In this document: in pieces, positions 1 through 10,852 of the stretch | How positions within the stretch are numbered: the first letter of the stretch is position 1 | Layout of the letters: each line of letters begins with the position of its first letter | Origin: a bacterium | GTDB taxonomy: Bacteria > SAR324 > NAC60-12 | DNA length: 39,841 bases | NCBI GenBank assembly: GCA_965233585.1 | Contig: CBDDTI010000155.1 | Span: 1 to 39,841 of the forward strand | Direction of reading: 5' to 3' | The notes under the pieces: generated by a model | The model's input: only the letters and a program-made list of their open reading frames with translations | The model's database searches: none | What the model was told of the DNA's origin: nothing | Program-made: the position numbers and the translations under genes

Positions 1-2006
1 CCATCTTCTGTTCTTCGTCAGGGATCAATTTGGAGGATCCCTGTTACATGGGGAAGTGGAAGATCGTTTTGTAGATCCCTTTGTTACCAAATGTACCAAA
101 TGTACAACCTTCAACAATTATATTAGCAAAGCAATAATGAACCACCCATATGGATTGATGGTTTGTATCCCACCCATAAAATGGTCAAATTGAGCATCTG
201 CTGGAGATCAAGTCATAGCAAGTGACATAAATGGTACAATGTGGGGCCCCCGGCCACGATAGCTAAGTTGGTGCAAAATAACTCCAATAACTATGGTTTA
301 TGATACTTATAACATCTTATAACTATAGTATTCATGGGGTTCAAAAACCATGTAAAAACCAAAAAAAACTCCAGACCGGGGCAAAAGTTATCAAAAACCT
401 CGAGAAAACTCCAAAAAAAATTACCGCAGAGCCCATGGGGCATCTCATCAAAGCCTCCAGACATGGGGTCTGCAGTTTTTTCGAGGTGTTGGCAACTTTT
501 GCCCATACTCTTTTGTAAAATCTTTAAATATCTTAAACTATGTCCTACTTTTAAGTTGAATAAATTAAGTCTATGTACTTCACTTAAATTGTCTTCTGTT
601 ACCAGTGTTATATACGTTTTTCTTCGTCAAATATAGAATATGGTTCATAAATAATTTTATTTTAATAAGAAGTTTAATGAGTTGTTTTGATAAATTGTTT
701 TCTTTTATAGATTCTTCATTATCACTAGTAAACAGAAAAATAATTAGACTTTAATATATTCATTTATACGTTTTATTATATTAGACTTAATGTCATTATT
801 TTTTTGCATTATATAAAGCTATGATTATAAACACACCTAGATAATTAATTTTTACATTATACAAAGCTATGATTATAAACATACCTAGATATGATAAATC
901 AAGAAATAATTCAGCTGTATCTTTTGATGACATGGTTCTAAATACTGAATTAAGAAAGAAAAAGTATCAAAAGTATATCAGGCTTGTATAAAAGAAGTTG
1001 ATGCAAATATAAAATTACCTGCGGGTACTAATTTTGTAATATATATATATGTATATATGTATATGCTAATTTAGATGAAAAACAACACAAATATCATATA
1101 CAATAGTATCACATGTGTTGAATTTAACAAATATATACATATATATCAAAAGTAGGTAAAGGACCTAGTACATATATGTTAGTACACTGGTATATTTATG
1201 ACTATTAAAAACATGCCAGTAGATATTTAAAAAAATATCTCAAATCTGCTAGAATTACTAATGTAACTCTTAATAGCAAAACTCAACTTATAATTACATA
1301 GTGTATTGAAAAAATATTTGAATAAGCAATTAATATATTGTACTCAAAATGAATTAGATCAATTCAAATGAATATATAGAGATGTTTTAAAAGAATTAAG
1401 ATTTAGAACAAAATATTCCGATCATCCTGCTAAAGTACAGTAGTATATTTTACGGTACAATATGCTACTCAATTTTTATGACTATAATTAATGAATTATG
1501 GTTAAAAAATAAAATCGATTTAATAATTGTACCAACTATAGGAAAAAGAAACAGTGTTTAGCTATGAAATTGAATGAATTTAACATGAAACAAAATGTAT
1601 ATACTCTAGAAAATGGTTAAATTCTGAAACCTACTAGTGAAACAATAGTATATTCCTCTAACTATTTTAAGAATTTATATGAAAGAAAACAGATTTACCT
1701 ATAAAAATGTCAGCTAGTAATATTGTATATAGAAAAGAAGATAGAAGTCAACCTTTAATTAGGCATAGTGAGATACATTTTTTTAGGAAATACATGAGGC
1801 ATACAGTTTCACTTGTCAAACTTTGATTGTCCCACACTTTCATATCATATCAATGTTTGTGGGTCTTGTCCAAATGTGATGATACAAAACCTTGGCATAG
1901 TATGCAGACATTAAACCAAGCTTGGCATAGTCATGCTCGTCAAGATGAGAATTTTGACGTAGATACAAAAGGGCGCTTATATTCTCAACAAAAATAGCCA
2001 TGGAAA

Positions 2007-2073
2007 CTCTGGTTATGACTAACATAGCCATGGAAAATCCCTCATAAATGGAGGTCTTAATGGGAAAATCATC
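2007..2073. repeat. Partial copy of the same MITE-like repeat
   Basis: CTCTGGTTATGACTAACATAGCCATGGAAAATCCCTCATAAATGGAGG matches the right-hand copies. Confidence 0.75.
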
Positions 2074-2108
2074 CTATCTTATAAATCGATCATCTCTGGA
2101 GTTGACTC

Positions 2109-2182
2109 CTCAAGGATTCCAGGATGTTCTTGTTCAGCGGTGGCGGTTGCCGATAGCTCAAGAAACCCGTGCCACTGCAAGC
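2109..2182 (-). CDS. Host gene exon continuing the PDZ domain (ACSGTGFLSYRQPPPLNKNILESL)
   Basis: CAG acceptor; splicing gives GDRLEACSG (compare PDZ GDRILAVNG). Donor position uncertain. Confidence 0.55.
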
Positions 2183-2414
2183 CTGAGATCAAAGAAGACG
2201 CGTCCCATGCTCCTTGAGCACAGAAAACCCATGGTTTTCCAGAAAAACAAAACAAAACAACTATTTTTTTTCCTCAGAAAATCCCAAGTTTTCTGAAAAA
2301 ATTGCCAAGTTTTCCCAAAAATTGCAATATGTGTCCCTGTGTCCCCATGAAATCACCCTTTTTCCATGTGATTTAAAGCACCAGTTCTCTCCAGGCCCTT
2401 TGGTCAAACAGCGC

Positions 2415-2486
2415 CTCCAGGCGGTCGCCGGGCATCAAACCCGCCTCTTCTGCCCGGCTGCCCAGTGGCACAGCCACCACCAAGGC
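2415..2486 (-). CDS. Host gene exon, PDZ core (ALVVAVPLGSRAEEAGLMPGDRLE)
   Basis: 72 nt, AG acceptor, GC donor; matches the PDZ signature V..V..GS.A..AGL..GD.I. Confidence 0.78.
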
Positions 2487-2509
2487 CTCCAGGGGATCCC
2501 ATTGTGGTT

Positions 2510-3365
2510 GAACTGGGGATAACAGAATTAAACTAAAAAAGTTGAGAATTCATAGAACTGATATATTTAACATAGAATTAAACTACATAAGTTGATATCT
2601 CCACTGAACTGGGGATAACATAGAGTTAGACTGTTGCTCCCCCGTCCATCTAACCGCCCACATTATACAAGCAAATTCTATGGGGTTAATACCAAAAACA
2701 GGGGAGCAACACCTTATAGAAAACAATAACATAAATCAAAACAACAAACAACAAAAAAAACTCAAACAACCTAAACAATACAATAGATTATAAAAAAAGA
2801 CTATACCATAAATCATAACAAAAAAACAATTTCACTCTTATAATTTTGAAATTATAAAATGAAATTTATGTTTGCTGTTTCTTCAAGTTCTCCAGATGCT
2901 TTGTTGTTTGTGTGTGTGTCTCTTGTAATTCTTACATTGAATTTCATAATCATCACATACAGGGCAGGTCATCCATTTTATTTTAGCATTCACTTGTTCA
3001 ATGTTTTCTGCTCTATGATTTCTTCTTTCATTTATTTCTTCCCTGTGTGTCCTACCATAATTTCTAGCATATTCCTTTGCCTCCTCTATATGATTGTAAT
3101 AATACTCTCTCCTCCTTTCATTATATTTTTCTTTGTTCTTTTGATGATTAGCCCTCATATATTCCCTACATTTATCACAAGTTTTGTATATACCCTTTTC
3201 CATTTCCTTAAAACATTTAGCACACTTGACTTTAGTATCCTCCATTACCTACTATAGATAGGTAATAACTCTTTAAGTGTCTTTCCTATCCCTTTTCCCT
3301 AGATTATAACATAATCAACAACAAAATCATAACAACAAACAACAAAAGAAAAAAACAAAACAACA
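2510..3365 (+). repeat. Left terminal inverted repeat of the Polinton-like element
   Basis: GAACTGGGGATAA...GTTAGACTGTTGCTCCCCCGTC...CCCTAGATTATAACATAATCAACAACAAAATCA is the reverse complement of ~33550-34465. Identity is high to ~3329, then decays in an A/C-rich tract, so the inner edge is approximate. Confidence 0.92.
2883..3245 (-). CDS. TIR-encoded zinc-finger/basic helical protein, left copy (C-terminal frameshift)
   Basis: CxxC..CxxC N-terminus, R/E/Y-rich helix, CPVC..RH end; an extra AC in a CA run shifts the last codons relative to the right copy. Confidence 0.7.
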   Translation of the reverse strand: MEDTKVKCAKCFKEMEKGIYKTCDKCREYMRANHQKNKEKYNERRREYYYNHIEEAKEYARNYGRTHREEINERRNHRAENIEQVNAKIKWMTCPVCDDYEIQCKNYKRHTHKQQSIWRT

Positions 3366-4345
3366 TAGACAAAACAAAAGACAATAAAAAAGACAATACC
3401 ATAAATCATAACAACAATAACAAAATCAAAACAACCTACTACAAACAAAATACAAGCAAAAAGAAAGCAGCAAAACAACAATAACAAAATCCTAACAACC
3501 TACTATTAATAAAACATAAACCATAACAACCTCATCATATCAACCCATCTCATCCGTCTCATCCGTAACAACTATATAATATAATCATCATAATTGTATT
3601 GAATAATTTTCATCAAAGCATATACAAATATACATCATCTTACCTTATTTATTTCATAGGTGTTATTTCTAGAAAACATCATTGCTAGAAATAATCCTAG
3701 AAAATAATTGCAACATAAATTTAATAGAATTATTTTATCAAATTTATGGGGATAATCAACATAATTTTCATAATCATTTATTATGAAGAAGATGGGATTA
3801 ATTACCACAGTCTCCCCCTATAGGGGAAGCCTCAGCCCCCAGCCAATATACTATCCCACCCCCCAGCATACATACCAGCATACATACAAACTAGCATATC
3901 ACAACAGCATCACATCGTTCTCAATCTTAAATCTCTTTTAATCCGCAATTGCCATGCCCAAACCGCCCTTCATGAACTCGTTGATGACCACGTCTTCTTA
4001 ACCTCAGCACGGTGTGAATGGCACAGCAATCCAAACTTTTGGGGCGAAATGGAGTGAAAAAAATTTGTGTTTTGTGCCTTGTTGGTGCCAGAATGTCAAG
4101 CTTTTGAAGGCTCACTGGCATCAATGCTCTATTGAAGCAATGTCCTATTCCTACTTGACACCCTGAAACCTTGCTACCTACAGACCTTGTCAATCATAAA
4201 AGCATCAGCCAAGAGCCCTGTTTTGCAAGTCGGCGAAGCAAGCACTGTTTTGCAAGTCGCCCTGTTGGCGAAGCAAGCCTTCTCAAGACGTGAACCATCA
4301 TCGGGTCTGGGGGCCGCTGTCGACTGTGGGATGCCAGTGGAAGCC

Positions 4346-4555
4346 GCCGCGCTTCTCAGTCTCTTCGAGGTTCTCGGACCGAGGGACAAAGGGCACTCCA
4401 CTCTTCTCAGTCTCAATTGGGAGGCCGCGGCCGATGATGATGCCGCGCTTCTCAGTCTCCTCGAGGTTCTCCGACCGAGGGAGGAAGGGCACTCCACTCT
4501 TCTCAGTCTCAATCGGGAGGCCGCGGCCGATGATGATGCCGCCCTTCTCAGTCTC
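4346..4555. repeat. GC-rich tandem repeat, 96-bp period (~2.2 copies)
   Basis: Units start at 4346, 4442 and 4538 with GCCGC(G/C)CTTCTCAGTCTC; CTTCTCAGTCTC occurs five times. Confidence 0.9.
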
Positions 4556-5131
4556 CTTGCCGGAGTTCTCCTCTGCCATGACGTTGTTGCAGCTCACGCA
4601 CAATGCAATGATGAGGCAAGCGAATACACCAGATTTGAGCGCCATGGCAATGCCGACACCCCTGAGCTAAAAAGCGTCCCTGAGTGGCTTGAGGAAAAAC
4701 TCGCAAAAACGCTACGGAAGAACATAAAGATGCTGAAGAATGACACAAAATTCCAAGCGCAAACTGAAAGAGCTAATTTCTGTAGCTTCCAATTGAGACT
4801 GTCAAAGGTGCTCAAATTGAAACAAATTCCAAGGTCAAGCTCTCCAAGAACATGTGGCTTCAAACCTCCAACTGGCATATTCCCAACAGCTGAGTGCCCC
4901 GACAACAGGATGAAGAAGAGATTGATGACAAAGCCAAGGCGAGGAAGGGCAAAGGAACATGGAGCAATCCCAGCCAATGACCCAGTCAAACACAAATTCG
5001 TGGGGAGAAACAAATGAAGGGCAAAACACAAAACCCCGAAACCAAAAGAGCACATCAAATCAACCATCTCATGGTTGCATCAAGTAGGCATAAGTAAGAA
5101 AAACAAATGCTTACAAGGCTTTCTAAAAACA

Positions 5132-6052
5132 CTAAACCTTTAAAAGTTCGTGCCTCATCAACAATCTTGGGTAATCAGTTAATTTGTAATATTTTTGGTT
5201 CAACTTTTCTGCAATCTCTTGCACAACATAATAACCTTTCAGCCAGTGGGAAGTTCTTTCTTTCTGTGTAATTGCTTTCTTTCTCATTATCTTTACTTTG
5301 TCTCCCACCTCTAATGTTGGGTATATTCTTTCTTTCTTTGCCTTTGATGCTACATTCAGCATTGCTCTGAATTCATTGTTATCTTTCCTTGCCTCTTTTG
5401 GTGTCATACCTGTAGCGGAATGCTTCATCTTATCATTGTATGTCAGCATAATTTCTAAATTGTAATCAACCCATTGTATGTTTGCCTTTCCCTTTTTTTC
5501 ATCAGCCTCCACTCCTTTAAAAAGCATATCTTTGTATGTGCGTATAAATCTTTCAGCAAATGTTGGGTGTCCTCTTGTCCTATGTAAGGTTATACCTTCA
5601 CCTTCCACATAATCCTTAAAGTCTTCACCTGCTATTGCTCTCTCATCATCTGTATAAATCATTTTAGGCTTCTTACCCATTTTCCCTAATGCCTCTTTAG
5701 TTGCTTCAAGGACATCCTCCCCATTTTTAGTTTTGATTGGAACAACAACGGCATACTTGCTTAAAACATCAATGCACACTAACCCACCTCTGAATTTTTG
5801 TTCCTCATCAAAATCGTAATAACCCATAAAGAACAAATCAATCTGATAAGTGTGATAATTGTGAGGGGCTGTGAAGGAGTTATACCCTCTGGGCTTTGCT
5901 TTTATCTCAACATTTTTTCTAAAGAAATTTTCAACATCCTCTTTCTTGATTGTGGGTTCTTTCTTTTTAGCATCTTCTAATGTGGTCTTTCTTGAACCAT
6001 AGCCCGCTTTATCAAAATAAATATCACTAATAATCTTCTGTTTATCACTCAT
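5132..6052 (-). CDS. Retroviral-type (rve) DDE integrase, Polinton/Maverick family
   Basis: YQIDL...IYTDDE...FAERFIRT catalytic triad; YN...HS.TGMTP; C-terminal VGDKVKI SH3-like segment. Confidence 0.93.
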   Translation of the reverse strand: MSDKQKIISDIYFDKAGYGSRKTTLEDAKKKEPTIKKEDVENFFRKNVEIKAKPRGYNSFTAPHNYHTYQIDLFFMGYYDFDEEQKFRGGLVCIDVLSKYAVVVPIKTKNGEDVLEATKEALGKMGKKPKMIYTDDERAIAGEDFKDYVEGEGITLHRTRGHPTFAERFIRTYKDMLFKGVEADEKKGKANIQWVDYNLEIMLTYNDKMKHSATGMTPKEARKDNNEFRAMLNVASKAKKERIYPTLEVGDKVKIMRKKAITQKERTSHWLKGYYVVQEIAEKLNQKYYKLTDYPRLLMRHELLKV

Positions 6053-6090
6053 TATAGAATAGATTATATAATAAGTATATATTATATCAT

Positions 6091-6690
6091 TTATTCTTCC
6101 TCTTGTTGCTTCAGCCAGTCTTGATGTTTTTTTGTCTTATTATGTCTTGATGTTGAGCAATTCTGAACTGGTTTTCCACACCCACATATAAAATACTGTT
6201 GTCGCATATCTTTTGTCTTTTCACAATACTGTTTTTTCCTCTCCTTTATTTTCTCTGGAATGGCAAGTCTATATTCTTTCTGCTTCAATAGCGCTTCTTC
6301 CTTGTTCTCATAGTAGTATTCCAGTTGCCTTTCATTTTTTCTTTCTCTTGTTTGTTCTTTGTATTCTTCTTTGGTTCGTCCTGCTATATGTTTATTTACA
6401 CAGTCATTGCTTTGGATGTAAAACCCTTCTCTTTTTGTCAATTCTTCTTTACTATTACAGGGGAAATTTTCTACTAATTCAATTTTACAATTTTCAAAAC
6501 CAAACTTGTCAAATATGTAATTTACACTTCTAAAAAACGGTTTGTCTTCATAATCCAAGTGAAAAAACTTATGTTTATGGTGTATCATTCTTTTTGTTAG
6601 TGGCTCAATAGTTGAACCATAGTAGCGCTCTTGGTATGCTACATCTGTAATCATATATATATTGCCCTTTTGATACTTATTATCACTCAT
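6091..6690 (-). CDS. GIY-YIG endonuclease with C-terminal zinc finger
   Basis: GNIYMI..YYGST..L.KR..H; ELVENFPC..EL..REG; C-terminal CGCG..RHNKTKKH. Confidence 0.85.
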   Translation of the reverse strand: MSDNKYQKGNIYMITDVAYQERYYGSTIEPLTKRMIHHKHKFFHLDYEDKPFFRSVNYIFDKFGFENCKIELVENFPCNSKEELTKREGFYIQSNDCVNKHIAGRTKEEYKEQTRERKNERQLEYYYENKEEALLKQKEYRLAIPEKIKERKKQYCEKTKDMRQQYFICGCGKPVQNCSTSRHNKTKKHQDWLKQQEEE

Positions 6691-6729
6691 TTGACCTCTT
6701 AATATCTTTTTTATAACATCATTTTGTTT

Positions 6730-9700
6730 TTAAATAGTTTTTATCTTATCACTAAATGCGCAATTACAAGAAACGCAATATCCAACTACATTATCCTTGA
6801 AGTGGCTTTGTTCATTATTAACCCTTTGACAGGTTATATTTGATGAAATTTTGCCATCTTCAAAATCTATCACCAATGGTTCATTACAATTTTCACACTG
6901 GGTATTCATAAGGTTCATCAAAAAATCTACATCCACATAATCCCCATCTTGTACATCTCTTCCTGCCTTTTTGTCTTGCTCAATGTAATTAAAAACCTTT
7001 CTCTCAAAATACTGCTCTACTATCCTTTTAGATTTACTTTCTTGACCTTCATTATATTTGAAAAACTTGATTTTGTTAAAGTCTGTCGCCCTTGTAAGGG
7101 CGGTGAAAAACCAATTCTTACTAACATACCATTCATTCCAATCATATATCACTATATCACCATCAACACTACAGCCCTGCTTTGAATGAGCGGTGTAGCA
7201 GTAAGCATATATAAAATGCTTTCTCAATAATTTCAGTTCTATATTTTGCTTCTCACCAGTTGCCACATTTTGTAAAACAACAATATCACCAACAATATTC
7301 ACAATCCTAAATCTGAAATTCACATTAAATTTCTTGCCTTTAGTCTTGATATATTTTCTACATATAACTTCCTCATTTATCACATATTCTTCACCTATAT
7401 TTTTCATTTCTCTGATTTTGCTGGAAACCATTTTACAGGTGTCGTTTGTATAAGCAATGTTATTATCATACATTTCTATCTTGTCAGTCCATTTGAAATA
7501 TGCATCAATGATTTCTCTAAAAGGTGTGCCTTCAAAAATCAACCTTTTAGCATCTCTTAACTTTTGCCTATCTTCTTCAGTCTTCAACCTCTTACATTCA
7601 TAAAGCATAATATTATTTTTGAAAATCAAATTAATACAATGGTCGGCGTATTTTTCGAAACTAATTACATTGCTTACTCTCTCTGGGTTTTTCAATTGCT
7701 TTGTATCACCAGTTGCTAATACAATCTTATCAGGATTATTTCTTTCAAAGTCCCATATCAAAGCCCACTTGCCGACATTATGAAAATATATCTCATCAAA
7801 CACTATGACATCATAAACTGAATACTCAAACTTTGTAAGCCTCTCATCTCCAAAAGAAATACTAAAAAACTTATTGATGGTCGCCCATTCACAACCGCAC
7901 TGTTGCCCTAACTCATTGCTATGAACAACGAATAAAACTCTGTAATTTCTATTTTTCAGATGCTTACATATATAACTCTTGCCTGAACCAGCGAACTCTG
8001 CTTGGATAAGCAACCTTTTATTATTCAAAATATGTTCATCTATGATTTCATCAGTGTTCCATTCATCCTTGACATCACCTGTCAAATTTTGATATTCAGT
8101 TATATTACATAACATACTGGGTTGTTTAGAAAAAGCCTTGCTGGGAAAATTGAATTTATCAGACCACCTCCATTCACCAATTTCACTACCAAATTTCAAC
8201 ACCTCCTTTGCCTTACCCAGATTACATTTATCAATCACAAAGGCATCAGTTTTTACTGAATACACCATTACATCATCCCTCATAAGTGTTTCATAAGCCT
8301 CATTCATATCAAAATTATGATGTTGTAAAATCAGTTCTTTCACATATTTATATCCGTTCCTCAAAGTTTTTGTATCGGAAATGTTCAGCACATAGTGCTT
8401 ACACTCATCCACTATTTTAGCACATTCTTTCTCATCACTTTCAGGTTCAATTGCATTGCCTTTATCATCAAATTCAAGCAAACAATCATCATCATCATTA
8501 TCATTCACTTCACCATCCCATTTAGTTTCAGTAATGATACTTATATCACCACCGTATTTTTCTTGATAGTAAAAGGCATCAACCATTTTTGAAAACACTA
8601 TGGACTTTTTAGCCTTGTTAGTTTGCTTTTCCAATAAGCCGATGTTGATACAAGCAATCATTTTTTTCTTCAACTTATCTTTCTCCTCATCCTCATCCAG
8701 TTTCAATTTCCAAAGTTCATCAACTATTTTTTTGTAATTAACTTTGTATGTATTAGATGGAACTTTGTAATAGATGATTTCAACCATATCAGCATATTTT
8801 TTCAAAAACTTACCGTAAATCAAGTTATAAGTCCTATTGAAAAATAGATTTCTCCTTTTGCGTTTAACAAGATATAATGTTAAAGCATTTATCTTGTTAA
8901 AATCATTCTTTGAATAATCATACTTCCTCCAAATATCAAATTCAGAAAAGACAGGCACTTCAAAAACATCCATTGTAGATTTAGTGTAGGCTTTCCTCCT
9001 ATCTAATTCAATGTGTGTATTCTTTCCTTCAATGATGCTTTCAAAATATCCACTGGGAGCTATGCTATGTGCCATTGAAAATATATTCAAGTCATCCTTA
9101 TGATAATATGACTTGTGATTAGGATTGAACATAGCCTTATTGAAATTAAAAAATGCTTCATTGACTACATTAAACATTTCAGCACTTTTACTATCAATAC
9201 AAGTATCAACAGCACAGTCTATCAAACTCTGGCTTCTGATGTTCAAAATTAATCCGTTAAATTTTACTTTGAGTGATGATACATTACCACCTGCTCCCAT
9301 TATGATTTTAGGCTCATACTTTGCCCTCTTAAACTCACAAAAAATTGTATTCAAGTTTTTGCCACTAACTAATTTCACTTCTTCTTCTTCACCCTCATTT
9401 TCTTTAACTATACCCATTATGTCATCAATGCCATTGAAAAAATCATACTTAACAGGCTTCTCTTTGCTATTTAAATGAAAGTCAGTAGAAGCATTTAGTT
9501 TCATATCTTCTTCAAAATCCCTTTGTGCTATGCTCTTGATGTTGTCATTCATTGTGTAAATGTGGTTACCCTTAATCAATTCAAACAAAACATTAACATT
9601 TTTGTTCTTGTCAGGGTCAAATGTATAAATCTTTTGACCGATACAGTTATACAACCTGACAGTTAATTTAAATTCTTCAAACACTGCTTCCATATCTTCA

Positions 9701-10779
9701 ACTGATGCCCCATTCTCCTTAAACTCTTCTTCATTTAAATTCATCAATTTCAAAATTTTATCTCTTGTCATTCTCTTGCGTTCCCATTTATTACTACTCA
9801 TCAATGTCTCTTCATAGTGGTCTATCAGTGAATTAATCCAACACTCACCGTCAGTGTGTTTCTTATTCTTGATGGCATCAACCAAATTATCACCGGCAAC
9901 ATCCATTTCAGTATTAATGGTGTAGTGATACATTCCTATCTCATGTCCATCCTTTAATTTTTTCTTTGTTTCATCCCCACTACCTCCTGTGTTTGATACA
10001 TCAGTAATGTCTAAAATCTTGATGGCAGTTGTGTAGTCTTCAAGGTTGGTATTATTCTTCAGGTCTGGGTGTTTTAAAACCAATCTCTTGAATAGTTTGT
10101 CAAACAAGGCTGTATCGTGTATCACTTCAAACTCTTTGTATCTACCTTTGGTGTCTCTTCTTTTGGGCAGTGTAGCATCTATTCCTGTCTCCCTTATCCA
10201 AGCCTCCCTAGTGTTCAGTTCATCAAATTGTTTTCTTGTAATTTTGTTTGGGTTGTCCTTCTTCAGTCTTAACCTATCTCTCAGTCGTTCCACCCATAAA
10301 TCAAACTTGTCTCTGACCGCATACTTATCCACCAGTGTTTCATTCAGTTTATCCTCATCTCTTACATTTTTCAAGTTCATCTGAATGGGCTGCTCCATAG
10401 AAAGTAGATTGTGCCAGTCTCCTTGGTTGTCTTTAAAGCCTCTCTGTCCTCCTGCTTTATGCCCATTATCAAAACCATACAACTGAAATCTTACAACATA
10501 GTCTTTCTTGTTTCTGTTAGTTGCCATTCTTTCATTCAATGGAGCTCTGCCTTCAATCTGTTCAAACTTTTTATCAAAACTTTTTTTAGCAAAAGTTGCT
10601 GTTCTCTTGTTGTCGCTCATCAGGCTGTTAATCAGTTTCTGTGCGGTTTCTCTTTGTGAAATCTTCCTGTCTCTATAAAATTCCACCACCTTATCTACTC
10701 TATATTTAACATCTTCTTTAGCACCTCTGGTTAATTTTTGTAGTATGCTTATATTATTGATTACACTTTTTGATTGCAT
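6730..10779 (-). CDS. 1349-aa replication protein: divergent family B DNA polymerase fused to an SF1 (RecD/Pif1-like) helicase and a C-terminal HNH-like zinc domain
   Basis: PolB-like motifs A (ELDRRKAY), B (KKMIACINIGLL) and C (SVKTDAF). Helicase motifs AGSGKS, VFDE, GDTKQL, TAHSKQG, FTALTRA. C-terminus CENC...QRVNN..SH..DNVV..CVSCN. Confidence 0.82.
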   Translation of the reverse strand: MQSKSVINNISILQKLTRGAKEDVKYRVDKVVEFYRDRKISQRETAQKLINSLMSDNKRTATFAKKSFDKKFEQIEGRAPLNERMATNRNKKDYVVRFQLYGFDNGHKAGGQRGFKDNQGDWHNLLSMEQPIQMNLKNVRDEDKLNETLVDKYAVRDKFDLWVERLRDRLRLKKDNPNKITRKQFDELNTREAWIRETGIDATLPKRRDTKGRYKEFEVIHDTALFDKLFKRLVLKHPDLKNNTNLEDYTTAIKILDITDVSNTGGSGDETKKKLKDGHEIGMYHYTINTEMDVAGDNLVDAIKNKKHTDGECWINSLIDHYEETLMSSNKWERKRMTRDKILKLMNLNEEEFKENGASVEDMEAVFEEFKLTVRLYNCIGQKIYTFDPDKNKNVNVLFELIKGNHIYTMNDNIKSIAQRDFEEDMKLNASTDFHLNSKEKPVKYDFFNGIDDIMGIVKENEGEEEEVKLVSGKNLNTIFCEFKRAKYEPKIIMGAGGNVSSLKVKFNGLILNIRSQSLIDCAVDTCIDSKSAEMFNVVNEAFFNFNKAMFNPNHKSYYHKDDLNIFSMAHSIAPSGYFESIIEGKNTHIELDRRKAYTKSTMDVFEVPVFSEFDIWRKYDYSKNDFNKINALTLYLVKRKRRNLFFNRTYNLIYGKFLKKYADMVEIIYYKVPSNTYKVNYKKIVDELWKLKLDEDEEKDKLKKKMIACINIGLLEKQTNKAKKSIVFSKMVDAFYYQEKYGGDISIITETKWDGEVNDNDDDDCLLEFDDKGNAIEPESDEKECAKIVDECKHYVLNISDTKTLRNGYKYVKELILQHHNFDMNEAYETLMRDDVMVYSVKTDAFVIDKCNLGKAKEVLKFGSEIGEWRWSDKFNFPSKAFSKQPSMLCNITEYQNLTGDVKDEWNTDEIIDEHILNNKRLLIQAEFAGSGKSYICKHLKNRNYRVLFVVHSNELGQQCGCEWATINKFFSISFGDERLTKFEYSVYDVIVFDEIYFHNVGKWALIWDFERNNPDKIVLATGDTKQLKNPERVSNVISFEKYADHCINLIFKNNIMLYECKRLKTEEDRQKLRDAKRLIFEGTPFREIIDAYFKWTDKIEMYDNNIAYTNDTCKMVSSKIREMKNIGEEYVINEEVICRKYIKTKGKKFNVNFRFRIVNIVGDIVVLQNVATGEKQNIELKLLRKHFIYAYCYTAHSKQGCSVDGDIVIYDWNEWYVSKNWFFTALTRATDFNKIKFFKYNEGQESKSKRIVEQYFERKVFNYIEQDKKAGRDVQDGDYVDVDFLMNLMNTQCENCNEPLVIDFEDGKISSNITCQRVNNEQSHFKDNVVGYCVSCNCAFSDKIKTI

Positions 10780-10852
10780 TATAATATATTTATATTATAT
10801 TATAATAACATCTCTTTAAGTAGTTTAAGACATTTTATGTTTTTTACCTTAT

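Noticed and set aside
1..45. Further minus-strand host exon (GSSKLIPDEEQKM)
   Set aside because: Truncated by the window edge, and its phase cannot be reconciled with the uncertain donor of exon 2109-2182.
2859..3257. Hydrophobic 132-aa ORF (and mirror 33660-34046) as a membrane protein
   Set aside because: Antisense shadow of the K/E/R-rich zinc-finger gene.
3299..3487. Hydrophobic 62-aa ORF
   Set aside because: Translation of a low-complexity A/C tract at the inner TIR edge.
4187..5017. 276-aa ORF as a real gene
   Set aside because: No ATG start or recognisable motif; openness is partly explained by a GC-rich 96-bp repeat, and several other frames are also open.
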